Virus record (IMG/VR): IMGVR_UViG_3300044796_000662
Span: 62,001-126,000 of that record
Length of the DNA stretch: 64,000 bases
Reading direction: 5' to 3' (one strand)
This document shows, one piece after another, positions 52,296 through 60,173 of this stretch (positions are counted from its first letter, which is position 1; each line of letters opens with the position of its first letter). Position numbers and translations under genes: made by a program. The notes under the pieces were generated by a model that was given only the letters and a program-made list of their open reading frames with translations, was not told the origin of the DNA and made no database searches.

Positions 52296-55200
52296 CAGAC
52301 CGCCCTCTGAGAGAGCGTGATGGTCGCCGGGTTCGTGTCGAGACGAACGTTGTCGTTCGTGATTGGGTGTCCGTCGAGGCGGTACAGGTCCGCCGCGGAG
52401 TACCCTTCGAGGGACCCGTTGGTGCTGATCTGCACGATACCTGCATGGGGGTTCGAATCCGTGAGCCTCTGCACGGTCGTCACGACCAGCATCATCAGCT
52501 CGTTGCCCGCACTGACCTCTTGCGCGCCGACGCTCGTTGGCATGTTGCGCACGAGGTAAGCACGGCCTTGCAGAACGTTGGTCGTTCCCGAAGGCGAGAT
52601 CACCACGGGATGCAACGTCCCCACTTCGCCGCCCGGGTTGGGGCCGCTCACGGTGAAGGCCGACCCACCACGGTTGACACGGTAGTTGACGAGGAGGGAG
52701 TAGTTCGTAGGCTCACCGTCAACCTGAGCGATGACTGCGCCTGCGTTGCCGGTCGCGGACGTCGCGGTGTCCAAGACAGCAGCCGTCTGCTCGTAGACCG
52801 TGGACGACGTCAGGTTCGAGAAGAGAACACCCTCCCCGATGTCGGGGAAGACGTTGAGCGCCGACAGATTCGTGAGGGGCTCACCTCGGAAGTCCTTGTC
52901 CCGGAAGAGCGCGCCGAGCGGCAGCCGCTCCGTCGCCCCGAGGTAGTCGGTAGCGACTTCCGGCGGGCTGGGGATGAAGCCCGTCAGAACGTTCGGCCTC
53001 GGCTGCGTCGAGGACGTCGGCGGGTACTGCAAGAAGTTCTCGATGCCGACGTTGCGGAAGTCCATGGGCAGCGAGCCCGTCTGAAGCCGCTGGTTGGCAC
53101 CAATCGGGCTGTCACCTGCGTAGCGCCCCGTCCCAAGGGTCGTCGCAAAGCCGACCGAGGCGAGGACTTGAAGGGCCTTCTGGTTCGGCCGCGTGAGCGC
53201 ACTCTGCGTCAGCTCCGTCGAATCGAGCTGGTAGGCAGTCGCCGTCTGAAGAGGCCCGAGAGCCTGCTGGACGTCGATGTAGTTCGTCTGGCTGCCCCAC
53301 GGGTCACCCTGGTACGGCGTGCGGCTGTAGTTGACCAGCATCGAGTCCGTGGCCGTTGCCGGGCCAGGGAGAACGCTCGTCGGACCTGCGATGGGCAGGT
53401 TGATGTTCGCCGAGTTGTCCGAGCCTGCATTGATCGCCTGCGTACGGTTACGCGACAGAACGATGCGGCACTCTTGCGAGATGTCGAAGGCGCTGCGGTC
53501 GAACCCGAAGACGCTCGCTTCGATGATGTAGTTGCCCGCCGCGAAGTTCGCGATCGGGTTCACAGTCGAGCGGGTGATGTCGATCGAGTTCGCGTTCAAG
53601 ATGAACGTCGAGTCGCCGTCCTGGTCGATCTCGATCCAGAAGGTGGCGGTCGAGTTGTCCTGACGGAGCAGGTTGGTCGCCCCTGCGCCACGAGCCGTAC
53701 GGTCCGGACCGTTGTAGGCCGAGCCGTTGAGCTTGTAGTCGCCAGCCTCGTACACGGCGAAGAGCCGTGCGATGCCGTAGAAGGGCGGCAGTTGCAGACC
53801 TTGGCGTCCAAGGTTGCGCGTGTCCGAGAAGAACTGCATACCGGCGAACTCAAGGCCGCCGACGAGGTACTTCGTGTTGTACGTCGCCGGTCCAGGGGTC
53901 GGGGTTGCGTAGTTCGTCGTGCTGAACACAGCCCACGTCAGGCCACCCAGGGAGGCGTAGGAGACGTAGTTGCTGCTCCCGACAGGGGGCGTGGCGCCCT
54001 TGTTCGAGAGCAACATGAAGTTGATGCCCTCGTTGAAGGTCGAGTTGTCCCCGTGGAGGATGGGCACGTCCACCTCGCCCCAGTTCGGGACGAAGCTACG
54101 CGGCAGCGTGATGTACACGTTGCGCGTGTTGGGGTTGTCCGTGTTGCCCGAGAAGATCTGGAGCGGGTCGGTGGTGGTCCACTTGGGGGTCACACCGTCC
54201 TGCGCCTTCAGAGGCATGAGCCCTTGCGCGACGTTGACCGTGTAGATGAGACCCGAGCCTGTAGCGACAGGACGGTCAAGCGTGACGCTCGTAGAGCTGG
54301 AGTACGCCTTGATCGTGTAGCGTCCAGGCTGCGGCCCTGAGCCTAGCTGAAGAGCGTAGCCCACCATGCCGGACGTAAAAGGTGCCGACGAATCCGTGAA
54401 GGTCGTGCCGCCAGAGGTCGCACCTGTGGAGCTAGTCACCACAGCCGCCTGCGTGGACACGTTGGCTGCCGTGCCGTCGATCGTGGTCGCCGTTGCCGGC
54501 CAGATGATCTGGCGGAACGGTTGGATGACCACGGACTTGGAGCCAAGGTCCGCGTAGGTCGAGGTCGTGACCGGAAGATTCATCCGGTAGGGGGTGTTGC
54601 GGTACTTGCTCCAGAGCAGAACCCAGCTCGTGTTCACCGGAATGTTCGACGCAGGCGCGCCCACCGGGTTGAGCAGAAGCTCCGTGCTCGGAGTCGTGAA
54701 GGTGATGTTCTGAACCGACGTGGGACGACGAGCGAGGCCGCGTCCCGCACCGTACATCACGTTCAACGTGACGTAGATGTTGTTGGAGGTCGCCGGGAAC
54801 CCAGCCGCGAAAATAACCCAAAGGTCATCGTTGGGCGTCAGGTTCGGACCTTGGATGTAGCCGCCGCTCGTGTAGGCGCCCGAGAAGGACGAGCCGTTGA
54901 GCGTGAAGTGCGTGGGGTCGATGACCGTGACGGTCCAGATGGCGTTCGCAGCCGAGACGCCCACAACACCCGTGATCTTGACGATCTGGTTGGTCACCAG
55001 CCCGTGCGGGAACGAGGTGGTGATCTCGATCAGACCGCTGTTATTCGTGACGTTGGACACACCCGGAGAAGAGGGTGTCGCACCGCCCACCGAGCTGGAG
55101 CCGACCACCGTGTACAGCGTGTTCGGGATCGGTGCCGTCTGCCCGTCGATGCGAAGTGTGACCGCGGTGTGGAGGCTGTCGAAGACCCACCGGATCTGGT

Positions 55201-56857
55201 CCGCGTCACCGCCAGAAACGCCTGTCTTGAGGGACGAGACCGGGAAGACGATGATGTCGTTGGGACCGAAAGTGCTTGCGGTGTTGCCGACGCCACGGAA
55301 GGTCTGGTTCGCAGCAATCGTCAGCGAGTAGGTGGCATCTGCCACCGAGGCCGGCGGCGTAGCGCTGGTCGGGTCGATCACCATCTCGACCTTCTGCATC
55401 GTCGCAGCGTCCGAGAAGATCATCCGGATGTTGTCCGGAGCGTCCAGCTTGTTGATGCCGAGGGAGGCCGACGAAGACGAGATCTTGTCCTGGTAGTTGA
55501 CGAAGGGTCCCTGAGGTCCCGCGCCCGAGCGCTTCCAGGTCCCTTGCAGGTTGCCGCGAAGCAGCCTGTCGAGCCCCTGCGCCAGAACCGACTCGTAGTC
55601 GAACCCGTTGGGGTTCACGACGTGACGGAGATCGAGCAGGTCGGTCCGAGCGATCTGGTCCGAGAAGAGCCCATCCGGACGACCCGAGATGACCGTGATC
55701 GTGGAGTTGGCCACGTGCTGTTCCGCACGCGAACCGTTCACACCACGGGTCAGGCCGCCGAGCGTTGTGCCCGTGATGGCCGAGTACGTCATGTACTCGT
55801 CGCCGATCTTGATGAGGACAGGCGTCGAGGGCGTTGCCGGCAGCGGGATGTTCGTGGCCGAGACAAGCGTTGCGCTCGTAGACGTAGCCGAGAGGGTGCT
55901 CGCGATCTGCGGCACCGTGGAGAACGTCTTGAACCCCGTCGCATCGACCGCAAGCGGGTTGCGGTTGAAGCCGCCGTTGAGGTTCTGGGACGGATCTCCG
56001 TTCCAGGCGCTTGCGTTGCGACGGAAGACCGCAGAGAGCGGGATGGCGTACGTGTACCCATCCACCGTTGCGAGGGTGTTGGAAGTGTTCCCATCGCCCG
56101 CACGCCAGAGACCAGGGTCTCCGAGTGCCGAGCGCATGTTCGAGAACGTGTACGTGGTCGGAGAAGCCGAGGTGCCCTGACCGAAGACGGTCGTGGGGTC
56201 GAAGCCGTCAGGGTTCGTTGAAAGACCGACGATGCCCGGAACGACTCGAATGCGGTACTGGAGCTGAACACGCTCGGTCGTTTCGAATCCGATGGACGGA
56301 TCCTGGATGTCGTCCGCCAGGTAGCTCATGCCACCGAGGACGTTGCCGTACGTGTAGATGGCCGAAACCGAGGGCTTGTTCAGTGACGACGGGTTCGGTG
56401 GGACGCGCGCAAGCCACGCTTCGAGGAAGACGAAGTCGATGCGCGTGTCGCCCGCGTTGTTCGGCGGCGGGTTCATCGCGACGACGTTGTACGTGTCCAC
56501 GTTGTCCGGAGAGCCCGGAGGCGTGCCGGTGAGCGTGCCCGTGACAGGGATGAGCCAGCCGTTGACGACGGCCCACTCGACCGCCTGGGACTCACCCGTG
56601 CGCTGACGACCAAACCTCCACCAGTTCGACCACGTGGGGTTCGTGATGAGCGCAGCGGAGTTGTTGGTCTCGTTGCCGAGCCATCCCGAAGGCGTACCGC
56701 GAGAAACGAGGATCTGTTGCCAGTTGCTCGCGAGGTCCTGGAGGAGATTCAGCTCCGCATCGAGCGGGGGCTTGCCTTGCTGCCAGATGACATCAAGGAA
56801 CTGCCTCGCAATCGGGCTGAGAACCCTGCTGGTCCCGGGACCATAGTTGTTGCCCAT
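52295..56857 (-). CDS. Large baseplate/tail structural protein (1520 aa)
   Basis: N-terminal WQQGKPPLDAELN (DUF6519-like); S/T/G/N-rich beta repeats. Confidence 0.8.
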   Translation of the reverse strand: MGNNYGPGTSRVLSPIARQFLDVIWQQGKPPLDAELNLLQDLASNWQQILVSRGTPSGWLGNETNNSAALITNPTWSNWWRFGRQRTGESQAVEWAVVNGWLIPVTGTLTGTPPGSPDNVDTYNVVAMNPPPNNAGDTRIDFVFLEAWLARVPPNPSSLNKPSVSAIYTYGNVLGGMSYLADDIQDPSIGFETTERVQLQYRIRVVPGIVGLSTNPDGFDPTTVFGQGTSASPTTYTFSNMRSALGDPGLWRAGDGNTSNTLATVDGYTYAIPLSAVFRRNASAWNGDPSQNLNGGFNRNPLAVDATGFKTFSTVPQIASTLSATSTSATLVSATNIPLPATPSTPVLIKIGDEYMTYSAITGTTLGGLTRGVNGSRAEQHVANSTITVISGRPDGLFSDQIARTDLLDLRHVVNPNGFDYESVLAQGLDRLLRGNLQGTWKRSGAGPQGPFVNYQDKISSSSASLGINKLDAPDNIRMIFSDAATMQKVEMVIDPTSATPPASVADATYSLTIAANQTFRGVGNTASTFGPNDIIVFPVSSLKTGVSGGDADQIRWVFDSLHTAVTLRIDGQTAPIPNTLYTVVGSSSVGGATPSSPGVSNVTNNSGLIEITTSFPHGLVTNQIVKITGVVGVSAANAIWTVTVIDPTHFTLNGSSFSGAYTSGGYIQGPNLTPNDDLWVIFAAGFPATSNNIYVTLNVMYGAGRGLARRPTSVQNITFTTPSTELLLNPVGAPASNIPVNTSWVLLWSKYRNTPYRMNLPVTTSTYADLGSKSVVIQPFRQIIWPATATTIDGTAANVSTQAAVVTSSTGATSGGTTFTDSSAPFTSGMVGYALQLGSGPQPGRYTIKAYSSSTSVTLDRPVATGSGLIYTVNVAQGLMPLKAQDGVTPKWTTTDPLQIFSGNTDNPNTRNVYITLPRSFVPNWGEVDVPILHGDNSTFNEGINFMLLSNKGATPPVGSSNYVSYASLGGLTWAVFSTTNYATPTPGPATYNTKYLVGGLEFAGMQFFSDTRNLGRQGLQLPPFYGIARLFAVYEAGDYKLNGSAYNGPDRTARGAGATNLLRQDNSTATFWIEIDQDGDSTFILNANSIDITRSTVNPIANFAAGNYIIEASVFGFDRSAFDISQECRIVLSRNRTQAINAGSDNSANINLPIAGPTSVLPGPATATDSMLVNYSRTPYQGDPWGSQTNYIDVQQALGPLQTATAYQLDSTELTQSALTRPNQKALQVLASVGFATTLGTGRYAGDSPIGANQRLQTGSLPMDFRNVGIENFLQYPPTSSTQPRPNVLTGFIPSPPEVATDYLGATERLPLGALFRDKDFRGEPLTNLSALNVFPDIGEGVLFSNLTSSTVYEQTAAVLDTATSATGNAGAVIAQVDGEPTNYSLLVNYRVNRGGSAFTVSGPNPGGEVGTLHPVVISPSGTTNVLQGRAYLVRNMPTSVGAQEVSAGNELMMLVVTTVQRLTDSNPHAGIVQISTNGSLEGYSAADLYRLDGHPITNDNVRLDTNPATITLSQRAV

Positions 56858-56910
56858 CTACATTCCCTCTCGCACTCGCCGTCTATCAGTAAGTTAGTGG
56901 GCGAAAACCC

Positions 56911-57564
56911 TTAGTACAGAAGCGCCCAGCTACCGACCCAGAGCGTGCTCGCACTCGCGTTCGTGATCTGAACGATGAGCTGATTGCTCTGATCGGGGGC
57001 AGGAACGTTCCCAGGGGCACTGTCCACCGCAGCCACGTAATTGGCGCCGTTGTTGAAGCTCACCTGAGCAGTCGTGTACGCGCCCGTCGTCGGCAGCTCG
57101 TTGTAGTTGCGCATGAAGCGGCTGTTACTGGGGTCCGTCGTCACGAAGTTGAAGACCTCCCAGGTGAAGAGGAAGGCCGAGGGCGTCGAAGCGAGGGTCT
57201 GCACGTTGCTCGTGAGCGTTGCCCCAGGCGCCAGAGAGATCGTGCTGCGCTGCCCGAACGTCCCCTTCGTGTTCGAGGCGCTCAGGTTGACACCGCTCGT
57301 ATCGAGCAGGTCGTCGTAGATGACGTGCGTGAAGCCCGCGTAGATCGAGAGAAGCCCCTCGTACTTCTTCGTGAGAAGGTCCCCACAGTTCGTCGGGATC
57401 GCTGGGTTGCCCGTTGATGGGTCGATCAGCGGGATGTTCTTGGGGAGCCGGACAACGAAACCGCCGTTGAGAAGCGTCTGGTTGTTCTCGGGCGTGTCCA
57501 CGCCGATGATCGGGGACGAGGCCACGGGGCTCGTGAAGGCATCGATCAGGTAGTGCTCGCTCAT
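56911..57564 (-). CDS. Virion structural protein (beta-rich)
   Basis: S/T/N-rich, within the tail cluster; GAGGA SD. Confidence 0.7.
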   Translation of the reverse strand: MSEHYLIDAFTSPVASSPIIGVDTPENNQTLLNGGFVVRLPKNIPLIDPSTGNPAIPTNCGDLLTKKYEGLLSIYAGFTHVIYDDLLDTSGVNLSASNTKGTFGQRSTISLAPGATLTSNVQTLASTPSAFLFTWEVFNFVTTDPSNSRFMRNYNELPTTGAYTTAQVSFNNGANYVAAVDSAPGNVPAPDQSNQLIVQITNASASTLWVGSWALLY

Positions 57565-57639
57565 CTACATCCTCGCGATCCCTCCCCTATCAGTGGAATC
57601 GTGATGTAGGATAGCTACCCACCCTAAAGAGGGGTCAGG

Positions 57640-57667
57640 TTGATTCGGGACCGTCTTGGGTTGTAGT
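57640..57667 (+). promoter_or_regulatory. Class-1 promoter TTGATTC-N11-GGGTTGTAGT
   Basis: Exact copy upstream of the lipoprotein gene. Confidence 0.8.
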
Positions 57668-57688
57668 TCCTGTGGAAGGAGCCCGATC

Positions 57689-59077
57689 ATGTGGTGCAAT
57701 TTTTTGGGGGTCTCGGCGGCGGTTGTTTTCTCGGCGGTTCTCGCGGGATGCGGAGGCGCACCGTTCACGGCGGGTGACGCTGTCGGTGACCCCCCGGACT
57801 CTGGCGCTGGCACGGTCGATTCCGGATGCTGCGGCGACGTTCTGAGCCCCGAGGCGGGCCAGGACTCGCAGCCGACCCCCGAGGCCGGACAGGACTCGAA
57901 CCCCGGCCAGGGCCAGGACAGCGGCTCCTGCGTGACCTGCCAGGACGCGGCTCCCGAAGCGGCTCCTCAAGACAGCGGTCACGTCGAGACGGACTCCGGC
58001 TCCTCGAACCATGACAGCGGAACGGACCAGGACTCTGGCACGCCGGATTCCGGCACCGTTCTCTCGGACTCGGGCACGACCTCGCAGGACTCGGGCACGA
58101 CGACCCTTGACAGTGGGACTGGATGCTCGACCGGCGAGACCCTCTGCAACGGTTCCTGCCAGCCTGGCGTCTGCGTCCTCGCGACCGGCACGGTGGGCTC
58201 CTACAACTCCGGGATCGCGGTGGCCTCCGGCTCTGTGTTCTGGTCTTCGTCAACGGCGGTCCTGGACGAGCCGACTTCGGGCGGTTCGCCTTCTACCTTC
58301 GTCCCGAGCGCCAGCGAGTACGTCGCTGTGGACGCCACGAACGTCTACTGGACGACCTCGGACTCCGTCCTCAAGTCTCCGCTGATTGGCGGAAGCGTCA
58401 CCACGCTCGCTACAGGGTTGAAGACTCCCATGGGCATCACCGTGGACGCCGCGAACGTCTACTGGACCAACCAGGGCACCCTGAACAATGACGGCACGGT
58501 GGTGAAGTGCGCGAAGAGCGGGTGCAATCTGCTTCCCACGGTGCTCGCGGCCGGACAGAGTGACCCTGAGGGTATCGCCGTAGACGCCACGAACGTCTAC
58601 TGGACCAACATCAACCCCTCGGATGCCACCAGCGGTTCTATTGCGAGCGTGTCGATTGGCGGCAGCATTCCGACCACGATCGCCACGAACCAGTTCAACC
58701 CTGTCGCTGTTGTCTCGGATGGAACGAACCTGTACTGGACCAACACCGGGGACAACTCCGCCGCCAACGGTCAGATTGTGGAGTGTGTGATCGGGTCTTG
58801 TGCCGGCACGCAGGTCGCTCTCGCAATCTCGCAGCATCGCCCGTACGGTCTCGTCGTGGATGCAACGAACGTGTATTGGACCAACGTCGGCACGACCACC
58901 GCGAACTCCGGCTCCGTCCTGAGCGTTCCGATCTCCGGCCAGGGTCAGGTGGCCCCCAAGGTTCTTGCTTCTGGTCAGGGTGAGCCCACGAGCCTCACCA
59001 TGGATGCATCGAACCTCTACTGGATCGACATCTACCAGAGCGCTGTCGGTCCCACGGTGAACAAGGTCGCGAAGTAG
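57689..59077 (+). CDS. Host-like lipoprotein: DSG-rich linker and 7-repeat beta-propeller
   Basis: GGAAGGAG SD, lipobox LAGC, more than 10 DSG repeats, seven (V/S/M)DA(T/A/S)N(V/L)YW-type repeats. Confidence 0.85.
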   Translation: MWCNFLGVSAAVVFSAVLAGCGGAPFTAGDAVGDPPDSGAGTVDSGCCGDVLSPEAGQDSQPTPEAGQDSNPGQGQDSGSCVTCQDAAPEAAPQDSGHVETDSGSSNHDSGTDQDSGTPDSGTVLSDSGTTSQDSGTTTLDSGTGCSTGETLCNGSCQPGVCVLATGTVGSYNSGIAVASGSVFWSSSTAVLDEPTSGGSPSTFVPSASEYVAVDATNVYWTTSDSVLKSPLIGGSVTTLATGLKTPMGITVDAANVYWTNQGTLNNDGTVVKCAKSGCNLLPTVLAAGQSDPEGIAVDATNVYWTNINPSDATSGSIASVSIGGSIPTTIATNQFNPVAVVSDGTNLYWTNTGDNSAANGQIVECVIGSCAGTQVALAISQHRPYGLVVDATNVYWTNVGTTTANSGSVLSVPISGQGQVAPKVLASGQGEPTSLTMDASNLYWIDIYQSAVGPTVNKVAK

Positions 59078-60166
59078 TTACTGCGTCCAATCGACGCGCA
59101 GGTACCCAGGCCCACCGACACCACCTGCGCGTCCAACTCGGCTTGCAGTCGCATCGTCTTGGATGCCACCACCGCCACCACCACCGCCACCGACAAGCCC
59201 GGGAGAACCGTTAGCCGAACTGGCGTACACGCCGCCCGCACCACCGTTGCCACCGGCCGTACCTGGAACGTTACCAGCCCCACCGCCACCACCGCCCATA
59301 GCAGTGCCGAAAGTGTAGCTCGTCGAACCGCCACTTCCGAAAGCAGTGCTACCACCGATGACCGCAGGCTGACCTGTGGTGCCTATCGCGAAGTTGGTAA
59401 GGTCGTTCGATCCGAGACCGCCGGCCGAGGCAACCGTTGGGAGGAAAGGCGGCACGGTGGTGTTGTATCCCGGTGCCCCGTTGGAAGTCGCGGGACTGCC
59501 ACCCGGCGAGTAGGCTGTACCGCTGTTGCTTCCGATCCCTCCCGAGCCTCCTTGGCCACCCGTTGCGAGAATGTTACCGCCCCAAGTGGTGCTGCCACCA
59601 TTACCCCCGCTCTGACCGTTACCGTCCGGAGCAGTGCCACCGTTGCCGCTCGTCCCACCAGCCCCAACGATGATGATGTACGAGGAACCGGGTGCGATGG
59701 CCGGGGTCGTGGTCGAGTCCAAGATCAGGCGGGTTGCCAAAGCTCCGGCCCCACCCCCACCACTTCCGCTCTTGTTGGTACCCGACAAGAGCGTTCCGCC
59801 CGACCCACCGCCGCCACCGCCGCCACCGCACGCTGTCACAACAACGCTCGTCACACCCGCAGGGACGTAGAATGCGAAGCGCCAGGTGATGGTGCCGGGG
59901 TCCTCGATCACCGCGCTCGGGTTGTAGACGATGGCCTCGTAGATGGACGAGACAGCGATGATGGGGAAGGTACCGTTGTTGACCGAGTTGGCTGCCCCCG
60001 AAAGAATGAGGGACTGTCCAATCATCGTGTTGTTCATGGTCCCAGAACCATCCGGGTTCTGAAGACCGCCAACGGCCATACCGATGCCGCCGAACTGGCC
60101 AACGGCCGGAACGTAGCCCGTAGAGGCAAAGCGAGAGGTGAAAATAGCGTAGTGCGAGCGTGCCAT
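59078..60166 (-). CDS. Glycine-rich tail fibre/virion protein
   Basis: ACGGGGGGG and GGGGGGAG repeats; start MARSHY after GAGG. Confidence 0.75.
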   Translation of the reverse strand: MARSHYAIFTSRFASTGYVPAVGQFGGIGMAVGGLQNPDGSGTMNNTMIGQSLILSGAANSVNNGTFPIIAVSSIYEAIVYNPSAVIEDPGTITWRFAFYVPAGVTSVVVTACGGGGGGGGSGGTLLSGTNKSGSGGGGAGALATRLILDSTTTPAIAPGSSYIIIVGAGGTSGNGGTAPDGNGQSGGNGGSTTWGGNILATGGQGGSGGIGSNSGTAYSPGGSPATSNGAPGYNTTVPPFLPTVASAGGLGSNDLTNFAIGTTGQPAVIGGSTAFGSGGSTSYTFGTAMGGGGGGAGNVPGTAGGNGGAGGVYASSANGSPGLVGGGGGGGGGIQDDATASRVGRAGGVGGPGYLRVDWTQ

Positions 60167-60173
60167 GTTTACC

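Noticed and set aside
52450-52460. GGTTCGAATCC, a tRNA T-loop-like word
   Set aside because: Inside the tail CDS; no acceptor, D or anticodon arms
52367-56221. Long plus-strand ORFs (52367..54340, 54521..56221)
   Set aside because: Antisense shadows of the 1520-aa tail gene, expected from GC3 bias; V/R-rich with no motifs
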